Shown in pieces: positions 50,215 to 63,692 of a stretch of 64,000 nucleotides of DNA; the first letter of the stretch is position 1; each line of letters opens with the position of its first letter. Location of the stretch: positions 136,527,047 to 136,591,046 of the forward strand of contig NC_068983.1 of assembly GCF_001194135.2 (NCBI RefSeq). Reading direction: 5' to 3'. This stretch comes from Octopus bimaculoides (lineage: Eukaryota). The notes under the pieces are model-generated. The model had not been told where the DNA came from. It did no database searches and saw only the letters and a program-made list of their open reading frames with translations. A program made the position numbers and the translations under genes.

Positions 50215-50668
50215 CATATGTATATATATATATACATACATATGTATATATATATATGTACACACACATATTAAGATATATATGTACATTTCTCATTTCT
50301 ACTCATATAATTTAAATAGAATATTCTTTATTAGCTTTCCTCAAAGATGCATTTCTGCTGTCTGTCAAACATTTCAGTGTCCAAATATTTATAATATTGG
50401 CTCTTGCTAATCAATATTGCACACATGTATTCACAAAGTAAATATGCTATTGTACAGAAGACTGAATAATACTTGCACTAATACTACACTTCTAGTTGTG
50501 CTTTCCATGTCCCTTGTTACATTTACATGTGCATTCAGTTGACAATATTTTTGATAACAGAGTGAAATATGGAGATTTTGAGTGCATGATTTGGAATAGA
50601 GTTATACATATATATATATATATATATATACATACATATGTATGTACGTACATATGTACAGACATATG

Positions 50669-51337
50669 TCATCATCATCATAATTTAACGTCTGTTGTCC
50701 TAGCTAGCATGGGTTGGACAGCATGACCAGAACTGGCAAGCCGGTGAGGCTGCACCAGACACCAGTCTGATTTCACATGGTTTCTACAGCTGGATGTCCT
50801 TCTTAATGCCAACCACCCCAAGAGTGTAGTGGGTGCCTTTTACGTAACACCACATGAGTGCTTTTATGCGGTACTGCACAGGTGTTTTTATGTGGTACCA
50901 TATGGACGCTTTTACATGATGTTGTACAGGCACTTTTACATGTCACCACACAGGCATTTTTATGTGGCACCACCATGGGTGCTCTAACACAACCAAAAGG
51001 ATCGCTCTTAACACTTTTGCTACTGGGTTTGGGTCTTCTTGAGTACAGCCAAGCACCAGGTGTTTCAGTCCTTTGCCATCTCACCTGAACATCGCAGTTC
51101 AGCTTCTTGAGGTTGTTCTTCAGTACTTTGTTCCATATCTTCCTGGGTCTACTACTTCCACATGTTCCATCCACTTTGAGAGATCAGTATTTCTTTATGG
51201 AGCTGTCAGCATCCATTCACAGCACATGACCAAGCCAGTGTAGTCTCCTATGTTGCACACAGCGACAAATTCCTCTTATACCTAACTTCTCTCTCAAAAC
51301 ACTGGCTCTCTGTCGAACATGTACACTTACATTACAT
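50669..51337 (-). mobile_element. Older RTE LINE 3' portion with ~21 bp UTR tandem repeats
   Basis: Minus strand reads LREKLGIRGI..RRLHWLGHVL*MD..GTCGSSRPRKIWNKVLK, then UTR repeats at 50850-50985 and a (GAT)n tail. Confidence 0.85.
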
Positions 51338-51859
51338 ATGTATATATATATTTAACCATACAACCACAGAAAAGTGGACATTAAAATCATGATGATGATT
51401 ATAATATATATTTGTTCTTTCAGTGGTTTTAGTTATTAGACTACAATTATGTAGGTATACAGTATACTTCTTTAAGAGGAAAGAGAGTAGTGGCTGAAGG
51501 CATGGAAAGGAGGTAATTGGTAGAAATACTGTGGGTCTGGATGATGAGTAATAGGAATGTGAGCGGTGGGAAGACCATTAACACATTAACCATCACATGT
51601 ACTACCAGCGGTTCATCACAAACTTCACACAACAGGCCATGGGGCTAATGTGTTAGGGAGGAAATGGGATATAATGTACCAGGTATGTACAGCAGCTGAG
51701 GAGTACCATGGATGGGGAAGGGATTAAAATGGGCGGGGGTAATGCTTGATGTGTCAGAGAGAGGGAGAGAGAGAAATGGGGCTCAGGGCTTAACAACCCT
51801 GGCCACCCCATCATCTCTGCCTGAAACTGCCCCACCGAACTCATCTCCAGATATCTTGA

Positions 51860-53885
51860 CCATGTCCTTGCACCCCCTAGTGGCTTCCCTCCCCTCTCAC
51901 ATCCATGACACCAACCATGCTCTTCATTTATTCAACTCTTTCTCCTTCCCTCCTGGCTCCTCTAAACTTCTCTTCACTTTTGACATCAAGAGTCTATACA
52001 CGGTGATCTCTCACCACGAGGGGCTGCACTCCAGCATTTCCTTGACCTTCGACCCAACCCTCAACCTGAGACATCAACACTCCTTCGTCTGGCCAAACTT
52101 GTCCTCTCACTTAACTGCTTCTTGTTCGCAGGTGAGTTTTACCAGCAGTTCTTGGGAATGGTCATGGGAATGAGAATGGGCCCCAACTATGTAAACCTGT
52201 TCGTTGGCTATGCTAAGGCCCAAATATTCTCCAGTTTCACTGGTCCCACTCCTGAACTATATGGTCATTATATTGTGACCTCACTCTCCCACGAACATCT
52301 AGACTCTTTCCTCTCTTTTGTCAAATCTTTCCATCCTGCCCTCCACTTCTCCTACACTATTTCTGATACCTCAGTCACCTTTCTTGGCATTTCAGTCAGC
52401 ATTCATCACTCCACTCTCCCCACCTCCATCTACTACAAATACACAGACTCACACTCATACCTCAAGTTCTCCTCCTCCCACCCTAAACACACCAAGCTCT
52501 CCCTCCCCTATTCCCAATTCCTCCATCTATGCAGGCTCTGCAGTGACAACCATGACTTTGAGACTCAGTCTCAACTCATGGCTCGCCACTTCATCCTACA
52601 TGGATATCCCCTCACCACTATCCACACCACCCTTGCCAGAGCACATTCTGTGGACCATGCATCTGCTCTCTCCCCTTGCACCCGCCCTGCTTTCACCCAT
52701 CTCCCGTTTTCCCTCACCTACTACCCCACCACCCTACCTCTCCAACACACCATTCTCCGAGCCTTCCAGCGACTCCAGTCCAACCCCTACCCTCCTTCAA
52801 ATGAGCCCACAACCTACAAGACCTCTTGGTCCACAGCTTCTTCCCTAACCCAACCTCCCAACCCGGCTCGTTCTCCTGCTCCCACCTATACTGTCGCACT
52901 TGCCCTTACCTATCCAACACCACTCTCCTCACTGGCACCCATCATCGACCCTATCATATCACTGACTCCTTTACATGCACATCTAACAATGTCATCTACT
53001 GCATCTCCTGTTCTCACTGCCCTTCTCTATACATCGGTCAAACGGGATGCCGCTTGGCTGAGCGGTTCGTAGAACACCTCGGAGACATCCGACTTGGCAA
53101 CAACACCCCGGTCTCACGCCATTTCTGCTTTACCGGTCACTCTTTACAACACCTGTCTATGCTTGGATTGTCCTTGCACCATCTAGGCACCCGTCTTCGC
53201 CGTGAGCAGGGATTAATCTTCTCTCTTTGCTCCTTTGTGCCACATGGGCTCAACTCTCCTCCTCTTCTCTCTTCTCTTCCTCTCACACCTACTTCCTCCC
53301 ACCCATCTTTCCTCTCTTGCTCTGGCACCTACTTCCTCTCTTCACTCCTACCCACCTTCTCCCTTCCACCCTCTCCCTTCATCTTCACCCCCTCTCTCAT
53401 TACCAACACATTCCAACCCCGCCATCTCTACACATCCCATCCCACCCTTACCCATCCTTTAGACCCCACCCTTGCTTCCCCCACTCTCGCCTCCCCCACA
53501 TCCCAAAACCACCATACCACACCACATCACACCATCCCACACAGACTAGCACTGACCACTTCCCAGCACCCACACTAGCACTNNNNNNNNNNCCACATGC
53601 ACATACACACTCACATACACACACTCGCACCTTCATTTTGGGATCACCACTACTTTATTATCTCCCCTTCTTCCTAGCACTCCTGTGTGACCCCTCTGTC
53701 CGACATTCGCCATGATAGATCGCTAGCCACTAAACCTTCTTATATTTTCTCTCCCTGTTTATTTCTGTGTTCCTTCCTGTGGAAGAGTGTCGGCTCGAAA
53801 CATAAAAGACGTTCTCTCTACCCAAGCGTTAAACTAATACATCTGTTTGTTGTTTACACACCCGTCTTCATCTTTTGTTTTTTTT
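51860..53885 (+). mobile_element. Neptune-type Penelope-like element, 5'-truncated (RT, GIY-YIG, 3' pLTR); pseudogenised
   Basis: RT motifs LFTFDIKSLYT, GMVMGMRMGPNYVNLFVG and YYKYTDSHSYL..SSSHP..SLPYSQFL; Cys linker CRTCP; GIY-YIG NVIYCISCSHCPSLYIGQTG.RLAERFVEH. Frameshifts near 52025 and 52790; YIDD aspartates absent. Confidence 0.93.
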
Positions 53886-54045
53886 AACTTCTCACTATAT
53901 ATATATATTTATATGTGTGTGTTTTTGCATAGATATATATATACATATATATATATGTAGAGATATATATATACATATACATATATATGTATGTGTGTGT
54001 GTGTGTATATATATATATATAGATATAGATATACATGTACATATA

Positions 54046-54077
<32 letters not shown>

Positions 54078-56670
54078 CGTGTGTGTGTATATATATATAT
54101 ATATATATGTATTTATATATATTTTTATACCAAAAATTAGGCAAAATTATTGTATCTGTTAACAAATGTAGCAAAATACTCACAAGTGAGTTTTTGTATT
54201 TATATCGATTTAAATGAGAGCTCAAAACTGATCCATTGAAAATACTTTATTATAATAATGAAAATGACCTATGATCATTCCGATGCAATATCCAGATTGA
54301 TTCATGCATATTATAAAATATGGTATACTGCATCTCCTCAGGGCCTTATTAGTAGGAGGCAGACAATAAAAATAGATAACATGCATATACAACATTCATA
54401 GTTGACCTATGAAAACAAGCAAAAAAACAAGTTGAAAAGACATGAGATGTTATACAACCGTACATCATAATGGTGTTGAAATCATGAACATATCAAGCAA
54501 ATGATTCAAATTTATGATGCTAGACTATGAAGTTCGGTAATTAACCAATCCGGAACACTGTACATTTCAAAAAGGATCGTTGGAGTTATAAACATAAATA
54601 CAAAATTCAAACCGAAGAAAAAAACAGTTAGATATTAAAAAAATACATTTTTAATACAAGATCCTGGTCAAATAGAAGTATATCTAATAAGTAATGCTTA
54701 TATATAATATACTCAATAAACAACTTAAGTATACATAATCTAAAAAAGCCTTATACTAATTTAGTATTTATAAGTAAAAAGCCTAATAAAAAAATTCTAT
54801 CAATTGACCAAATCCTTTGACAGAAAACCTGCTCATTCAAATAATGGTAATAATATCAGAAAACTTTTTCCTTTCAATCTGAAATCAATAGCTGCAAAAC
54901 TTTGCTTAAGGTATTTTTGAGCAGTTTTGTAAACAGTAATGTTGTAGCAGTAATACTAGTAGTGTTGTGTTACAAAATGTACTCTTACATTTCAAGAAAA
55001 ATAGTCATCATGAAAGTAATTAATTTTACTGGTATGCAAATAAGATGGGAAATAAGACAGTTGCTTACTGGCAAGGAATATTAGATTTTTTTAAATTTAT
55101 TTATATATATTTTTTATTTAATTTAATCTGCCATTGCCTAAAGATATTTTTCATTACTTTTTTTTTCAGTCAGATCGCATTTTAAGTCAATCCAAAAAAG
55201 AAAGATTGTCTCATTAAAACTAATATATAACCATAATTTATGCAAGCACAAATGTATCTTGCTGAATGTTCCTTTTTTAAAAATTCTTTAGTGATACCCA
55301 ACCTTTCATTATACTAAAGGTTCATAATTAACAACAATTTCAACATTATGCTTTTTTTTTTTTAGATATTTCTTTATGTTTACTTATATCTTGCTAATGA
55401 ACAATAGGGTGAGGGTAACCAGCACAAAGTACCTGTTGAAATCCACCACAGCATTTAGTTTATTCTTTCAGTCTCATCAGTTCAAATTTGTTAAATTTCA
55501 TACTTTTTTTGTTTCTTTGCTTCTTGCTTCTTTGTAATATTTTTATTCGTGTATTGTAAATAAAGAAGGCATTATGAATTATTTTGATTTAAAATTAAAA
55601 ACAGAATGATATTTTTGTCATTTGAGCAGTTTTAGTCCTTTCTGTGCAAATCATTTATGAGCCATATTTTGCATAAACATAGCATTAATATCATATTGCA
55701 TGGTGTTTGTAGCAATATACATATAATGGGTAGAACTATAATTTGGTTTCAGTTTTTCATGTTATCATTCCTGTTTTCTGTGTCTATTTTTTCTTCTACA
55801 TGTATTTGTATGCGCCTGCACATTTCCAAGTAGTAGTTAAAACATAGAGTACTTAATGCTGCTTATAGGGTAAACATATATATATACTAGCATACCCATG
55901 TCAGCAAAAATGCTGACAGTTTTATTAATGATAGAAAATAACACATCAACACAGTGGGGAAAACCGTTAACATATGTCAGCAATCTAATAAATTTATGTA
56001 AATACACAGAATTGAAGCACTTGAAGAATCAGATGCAATTGTAACATCTTGGTTGAAAATATCACTCATATAATGTATGTTTATGTGTGTGTGTGTGTGT
56101 GTGTGTGTACAAACACACACACATATGTAGATATATATATATATATATATATTTCTGTTTGTTTTCCTGTCTTGTTTTTTGTCCGCCACTACATTCCTCC
56201 ATGGCAAGATTTAATTTGTGTATACAAATTTAATTTGCGGTCCATGGGAAGAGCCGTTTTAACGATGCGTCCTGCCCAGCTCTTCGAAACGCCGGTGTTA
56301 AAACGGGGGTAGCTGATGAAGTAGAATGTTCTCTATGTGGCTTGTGTGTTTTCTCGTCTACGTTTTGTTTGCAATGTCCTGTACCCAGATATGCACCTAT
56401 ACATACAGGTGGATGTCGGTATGCACATACCTGTACGTATATATGCATATNNNNNNNNNNNNNNNNNNNNNNNNNNNNNNNNNNNNNNNNNNNNNNNNNN
56501 NNNNNNNNNNNNNNNNNNNNNNNNNNNNNNNNNNNNNNNNNNNNNNNNNNNNNNNNNNNNNNNNNNNNNNNNNNNNNNNNNNNNNNNNNNNNNNNNNNNN
56601 NNNNNNNNNNNNNNNNNNNNNNNNNNNNNNNNNNNNNNNNNNNNNNNNNNNNNNNNNNNNNNNNNNNNNN

Positions 56671-56709
<39 letters not shown>

Positions 56710-56713
56710 TGTA

Positions 56714-57135
56714 CAGGATGCAGTGAATAAACTGTCATCTAAATTATGCAAAAATAAAAATAATGGTGACATCTCATTTTGACATATATTTACCAAAATT
56801 ACATAAAAATATCTTGAAATACTAAAGAGTGAATTTATTCAATCAATTTGCCATTGGCTTTAACCATGGTCTCCAGACAACTTCAGAATCTCCTGCAACT
56901 CTTCTGGACACTCTCCTTGTTAAAAAGTTTTGTTGGTCCCTCGCTCATCTGTCCTCCATACATAATAATCAAGGGGGTTGCAGTCTAAGGGGTTAGGTGG
57001 CCAGATATTAGGGGTGATGTGGTCGCAGAAATTGTCTGATGCAAAAATTGTTCTCCTGCTTGTGTGGCATGGTGCAGAGTCCTTTTGCCAGACGTAGGGT
57101 CTTCCAGCAGCCACCCTCTTGACCCATTCTATTGT
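56714..57135 (-). mobile_element. maT/DD37D Tc1-mariner transposon 3' fragment
   Basis: WQKDSAPCHTSRR..WPPNPLDCNPLDYYVW (36 residues between the two D) and terminal ANGKLIE*. TIR CAGGATGCAGTGAATAAA with TA at 56712-13. Confidence 0.85.
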
Positions 57136-57153
57136 ATGTAACATATATGCCCC

Positions 57154-57191
<38 letters not shown>

Positions 57192-58589
57192 TGTGTGAAA
57201 TTGATAAATATAATTTATGATAAAATTTTAATTTCATTTTCATTGAAATACTTATGAATTCAGAGCTCACTACAGTTTGCCTGCAGTTAACCACCTCTGA
57301 CTGTTACTCACTGCCAATTCATTTGTTGTTTTACTCTTCTTTGGAGCTAAGCCTTTAAACGTCTGCCTGCTTTAGCATCTCTCACTGTCACCCATACCCA
57401 CTCCATCTGTTGTTTTACTCTTCTTTGCCTACTGCATGACTGACAGAGACATACTTTGCATTTTATCATATATGAAGATAAGTTAACTGAGACATCAAAA
57501 TTTTATTCAACTTGTAATTTAGAATACAGAAATTAATTGATATTTGTTCTCAAAAACATCCACTAACGGGGAATATGGAATTTACTTCTGTAAAAGAAAT
57601 TGGTAAATTTTTAGCTTGAATCATATTGTGCATCAAACGAAATGTATTGCAGTATTTATTTGTTGAGGCTCTTTACATTTTGAGTTTAAATCCTACCAAA
57701 GTCATCTATTCCTTTTACCTTTTCAGAGTCAAAAAAAAAAAAAGATAAATAAAACACCAGTGAAGTTGTTGGCTTTGTACAAACAATTTAGATAAAAGAT
57801 AGTAAAAAAAATTTATTGTGTATGTGTGTGCATGCATACGTGTTCTTATATCTTTTACTCATTTCAGTTATTAGATTTCACCCATGTTTGGGGTACTGCC
57901 TTGAAGAATGCTATTTATACTGAAGTAAATTCCCGCTTTCTCCATTTTAGGAATATTTTCAAGGATACATATCTACAAACGTCTCTGTTCCTATTTACTA
58001 GTACACTACTGGTAAAAGTTGAGATCTTAGTCAACCCTGTGTACTTGTAATAAATTTGATACTACTAGAATATTGAAACTTTTCATCAATAGGTGTTTCT
58101 GTAAATTTGTAATTTAGCAACCCTAACTAGAGCAAATATGTAATTATTATTACTAAAGTTGAATGCTTTTCCATTACTTTTATATAGAGATAAAAAGAAA
58201 GAACCACCTGAAGACAATAAGATAATGCATCAATCAAAGCATATTGTAGAAAACATGAATATAAAACATGAAGTTAACAGTCTGTAAAATCTAAAGTACA
58301 AAATCTCATTCCAAAAGTATTGAAATTTGGAGGAAATATATATATTTTTATTAGTTATATATGTTAGCTTTATGCCAATTATGTCAAACTTAAATGGTTG
58401 TTATAAAGGAAGTCTTTAACTTTTTCGTAAATTTCTTAATGATTAAATTTTGCCATTTCACTGCAGAATTAATTTATTTTACATCATGGTGTTGTATATT
58501 CTTAAACAGAAGTAGATCAGTATAATTCTTGAATTTTTTTTAACAGTTAAGCCATGTGTTTTATCATATTTTATTTTTTTATTTTTCAG

Positions 58590-58729
58590 GAAAATGTAGA
58601 ATATGTATTCCTTGTGATCTTCACACTAGAATGTGCCATGAAGATCATAGCCTATGGATTTGTGTTACATCCAGGAGCATATTTACGCAACGGATGGAAC
58701 ATTCTAGATTTTATAATTGTAGTTATTGG
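58590..58729 (+). CDS. Cav1: L-type voltage-gated Ca channel alpha-1, domain I S2-S3 exon (140 nt)
   Basis: [47 protein letters not shown], a Cav1-type [11 protein letters not shown] motif. CAG acceptor at 58587-89 and GTAAGT donor at 58730. The track ORF 58556-58831 is the wrong frame. Confidence 0.98.
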
Positions 58730-59318
58730 GTAAGTCAGTTTTGCTTTTTATTGCCTTACTTTTCAATAGAACACAAGGGGAGGTTTGGATTCCTATCCTA
58801 CTGTGATGCTTGCTTGTTACTATTACCTTGAATTTCTTTATTGAATGTAGTAAAGTGCACAGTTGTAATGTGGTTGTGTAACTTAACACCCTCAGATTTA
58901 AAAAATCAAAGAGATGTCACAAATCATTGGTAAAGCTGAGGCTTTGAATGTGAATGATTGTTTCTGCAAAAGAAGAGAGAATATTTTGTGTATAAAGATT
59001 CATCTGAAATTATCTGAATACTCATAGCAAAACTGCAAGAATTTTATTAAATGATGTTTATTTTTATGGCTAATAAATTTTAGCACATCTTTAGAAAATG
59101 CTGACTAGCCCCAATGATAACATTATTAATGAATCAATGACAAAATTGGAAATTAAGAACTGTGATTATTCATATGGAATGTGAAAAAAGATAAGACTTG
59201 TAGAGATGAAATAATTAAATGGCTAGAGTACTGGACTATTTGTATTCAGTCTTGAGAGACCATTTTTTGTTGCGAGCAGCCATTCAATACTTTCATTTAT
59301 TTTCAGTTAGTTAGGGGC

Positions 59319-59574
59319 CAGTGGTTTCTAACCTAAATGTTGTAACACCCTAAGATGTTTCTTATGGGGCTGAGTGTGGGAGCTATGAAGATTGAAAAAG
59401 AGTGGACAGATTGCCTTTTTTTAATCAAACTAGATGGTTTTAAATATTTAAAAATAAAGGAGATGTATGTTGATGCAAATGTTATTTTGTTTTATCATTA
59501 ACAGAGAGGTGAAGAAGGGCAATAAATTTCACTGATGTTGGTGGAGTCTGGATTTGTTAGTTTGAGAACCATCA
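59319..59574. mobile_element. Degenerate hAT/Charlie MITE
   Basis: Left end CAGTGGTTTCTAACC and right end TTTGAGAACCATCA, abutting the TSD of the next element. Confidence 0.55.
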
Positions 59575-59582
59575 CTCTAGAG

Positions 59583-59914
59583 CAGTGGTTTTCAACCAGG
59601 GTCCACATGACCTTTGAAGGTCCATATTAGATTTTTGGAGGTCCAGACATGCAAAATAGTAAATTGGAGATCCACAGTAGTATATTATGGGTCCATGAAA
59701 AAGTTTTGATTTAGATGTATTTACTGCAAGAAAAAGTTAAATTTCTTTCTCATAGCTCAACCTACACAAGTGATTGTGTGAAAAACCAAATAGGAATTTT
59801 GAAAGAAGTTTCTATAAAACTTAATTTTAAACATTGAATGGCAATGGAGGTCCACTACAATAGAAAAGTAATCAAAGGAGCCCATAGATAAAAAAAAATG
59901 GTTGAGAACCTCTA
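59583..59914. mobile_element. hAT/Charlie MITE
   Basis: TIRs CAGTGGTTTTCAACCA / TGGTTGAGAACCTCTA. Perfect 8 bp TSD CTCTAGAG at 59575-82 and 59915-22. Confidence 0.9.
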
Positions 59915-60896
59915 CTCTAGAGTATTGTAGGTAGTAAGTGAGAATATTGCAGAATTTTAAATAATACAATTTGCATTATTATTCAGAATTCACACAAATG
60001 TACTTAAAGTATAAAGAAATAGGGTGACAAGGTCAAAGAAACATTAAGATTGACTGAGGAGGACTAGAATGGCTGAGTAAGCAATATATTGGTCTATCAG
60101 CTTGTGAACCTTTGGTTTAAAATTCCATGGGAGGTATTTTGTTGTTTTTGATCTGTACACTTAATTTTACATACATCACTTCTCATTACTACCAAGAATC
60201 TGTACCAGTTTTTCTTGGATAGTTAACGATGATAGATTGACATCATGTGAAGGTTTCTCATATCCTTAATGCTATAAAGTCAAAGCTTAGTACTGGCCTT
60301 TAAGTAATCTTGTTGCTATTGGAAGTATTTTATATTTTGTCTGAGTCAGGATGAGGCAAGTAGTGTTGTATGAGCACTTTAACTTTATTGTTGCTGTACT
60401 CCAATAATTTTTTTTTAACGTCTCAAAAAATGGTTTTGTTAGAAATATTGTTGCTGTTTTGGTACTATTTACAATCTATCATTAATAAGTTGATGTCTAA
60501 GGAAAGTTTTACTAAGTATCAGATAAATCTCACATCAATCAATCATTTTTCTCTATCAATATCATCTTCAAAAGAGTAAAATCAATGTGCTTCCATAACA
60601 AATTGATTAAATTCTTTTCTCCCACTTCAGTTTTCATTATAATTTGTTGTTACTGTTATTATTAACATTATTATTACTACTTATTATAAATAGTATGTTT
60701 ATTATTATTATTATTATTATTTTATGTTTGACTTTTGTTTTGCATTTGTACAAGTTGGATCCAAGTCTCACCCAGAGACCTCAAGAGACAACAAGTTAGA
60801 AGTTCATGTAGATGTTATGCCTAGGGTACCATATATTTGGATTTGTACAGTTTTGTTCAAGTGAATGTTTAAGAAACCATAAGAAAATTATGTGTT

Positions 60897-61020
60897 TATT
60901 ATTATTATCATTATTATTATTATTATTATTATTACTATTATTATTATTATTATTATTATTATCATTATTATTATTATTAGTAGTAGTAGTAGTAGTAGTA
61001 GTAGTAGCAGCAGCAGCCGC
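60897..61020. repeat. Compound microsatellite (ATT)n-(AGT)n-(AGC)n
   Basis: Direct reading. A (GTGTG)n pentamer follows at 61084-61115. Confidence 0.95.
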
Positions 61021-63692
61021 TTGATTTCTATGTTTCATTTATGATTATGTGACTTCACTTTCAGCTCTTGAATTTTCTGTGTTGTGGTGTGGTGTGGTGT
61101 GGTGTGGTGTGGTGTAGTATTGATTACTATAACATTGATGTTTAAAGTTTACAAAAACACAAAACTATGCACACTATCTACAAAAAGTTCAGTTCACATA
61201 TGAACTACTATTTATGATTTTTGTGATGGATAACACGAAGGAATCAGCCTTGTAACAATTTGTATGAGAAGTTTCAATGTGTGTGTATGCTTAGATGTTG
61301 ATACAGGCATGGACAAATGGTTATCAAGTTCACTTTGCAATTTCAAAGCCCAGGATAGAATAAAGCTTTGTGACTGATATTAAGTAGTCAGTAAATGGAA
61401 AGTGTGTGAAAGCCTGCTGGATGCACTATATCTATAATTCAAAGAACCACAACTGTCATATGCAGTATTGTGGCTGAATGTGCTAACTTTCCATCCTTCT
61501 GGCCTGTGAAACTTCTATTTTCTTTGAAATGACAATTTTCTTTCTCCCTCTGAGGAAGCATATGTAAAACAAGTAAAAATATGGGTATTTGAAAATTAAG
61601 TAGTAAATGTTGAGTAAGATCCACAGGGGCAATAGACAAATGGGGTCACCTGACTGGTTGGCATGAAGTTACTTACCAACACACTTTATCTTACCCAGAG
61701 GATATGTTGTTTCCTCACTCTACATTTTCTATTGTTACTACTATGATAGCCTCTACTATTTAAAGCTGGATGATCTTCACTCACTCACTTTCTCTCATCA
61801 CTCTTAATCTCTCCCCCACCAACCCCTCACCAATCATTATGCTTTCCTCTCCAGAATACTTGCCTTTGGGAATTTTTTCCTTGACCATGCTTTTCATGTA
61901 GTTGCCACTTTGCAACTATTCAAGAGAACTATTAACCTCATCAATCTTACCAATCTTGATAGCTTGCAAAAGCCATGGACACATGGTCATCTCCCAAACC
62001 AAACCAATAAAAAAAGTGGTGCTAAATATCATCAACTGAATGACCCATGTTAACTTGTATGAAACCCTAAACTTATAAATGAATGAGTTGAGAAAACAGC
62101 TGAGTATCAAAAACATTAACTGATATATATATAAGAGAAATGTTACATGTTGGAATGGATAAGATGTGCTAAAATGCATTGTGAATCAATGAAGTATAGT
62201 ACATGCTCTTATTGCTGGTCAAAGATGACTTGATCAAACTTGAGAATCTTACATATGAGAGGTACATAACAAGATGTGTCTATCCCCACAAGTATAGAAA
62301 AACATACATTAATCTAATTTTGATAAATAATGGTGATGGACATAACTACTTTTAAATCTGCTCTTCCATTTTCCTATGGTTGTATGAGTTAAGCATGTCA
62401 TCAAGGTCAGAACCATTTCTTATTCAGAGTTAATCCTTGATGGTTTGGGAACTTCGTCTTTCATGTATGTTCCTTTCTCCATTTTATTATTATTATTATT
62501 ATTTCTTTTTTTGCTTTGTTTTTATGGCTGGATGTCCTTCCTTTCACGAACCACTCTCTAGAATGAATCAGGTGCATTTTTGTTGTAGTACCAGCCATGA
62601 AAGGTAGCCTTCTCGCTAGGAAAACAAAAGAGTCTTTTCTCCCTACTCTATGTTGTTCATTCAGACACTGGCATTACAGCAGTCTAATTCCTAACAAGAC
62701 TTAAGAAACAATCTCTGCATTGTCTCTATTTTACCCATTGCATTCTTTCCCATACAGTTGGTAAGTTCTTTGTTGCCAGGTGTATGGAAAGAAAAACAAA
62801 ACATTTTCTATCACATCACCAACATCAGGTAGGTAGTCTAAGATTAGGTTAAAGAGCCTTTTCCACTTGCATCAGTCTGAGCTTAAGAGAGTTACCTTGA
62901 CTACTGGAAAATAAGTTAATTTCATTCTCTCAGTTTGTGAAATTTGTTTTTGTTATTGTAGTAATGGTAGCAGCAGCAGTTATTAATTTCTAAATTGATT
63001 ACATTACAGTTCTAAAATTATTTTATATTTTAAGGATATATTTGATAATATTGAAATTCAATTAAACATTATCAATTATCAAATTCTTTTACACTTTCTT
63101 TTTTGTCAAGAAACGGCATGGCTTGAAAGGACATAAAAAATATCTCAACTATATCTGTTACAATTTAAAGAGACTGTTAATTAAATCTTTTTCCTTTACA
63201 TATATTGTTATATATAAATATATAATCAAAGATGTTTTATTCTAGTACCTGTGAAAAAGATTTTTAATATTGATTTCTGAAATAGACATATCATGTATTT
63301 GTAGAGTGAATGATAAAGGTAATCAAGTTGCCTTTATTTTATCACTAGTAGTTATTATATTGGCCCTGGAAGTAAGTAGCAAAACTAAACACTATGTAGT
63401 ATTTAATCCAGTAGTCTATTGAACTTATATCATTTAAAGGATATATATGTAATTAAACACTTAGTTTGTCCTAATGTGTCAACCTGAAAAATATTTGATG
63501 CATTTTTATTTTTATTTTTTTTTTACAGCTTAGTCTGTGGAGAAAGGCTGTAGCTCATAGATTACCCCAGTAGGAAACAATGCAGTATATAAAGCTATCT
63601 GTAATCAAACCTGAATGCTTACAACTGAGTGGGCTCTGCTAGATGATGGTGGTAAATTAGATGAAGGTTAAGTCTACCGCACACTTTACTAC

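Larger units (their letters stand above)
19704..58589 (+). other. Cav1: 38,886 bp GT-AG intron of Cav1
   Basis: Phase-0 join ..MAL|ENVEY.. reproduces the contiguous Cav1 sequence (vertebrate SNL|ERVEY). Acceptor TTTTTATTTTTCAG. Confidence 0.9.

Noticed and set aside
53875-54225. YI/HT/CV-repeat and poly-I/N ORFs throughout the track
   Set aside because: Translations of (TA)n, (CA)n and (AAT)n microsatellites.
56245-56330. CpG-rich segment with GAAAC-palindrome-GTT and a downstream CTGATGA, hammerhead-like
   Set aside because: The halves are in an order that needs a stem I hairpin which cannot form, and stem II does not pair. It is probably a TE terminal fragment.
61545-61580. CTGAGGAAGCATATGTAAAAC, a possible hammerhead relic
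   Set aside because: It needs two core changes, and stems I and III do not pair convincingly.
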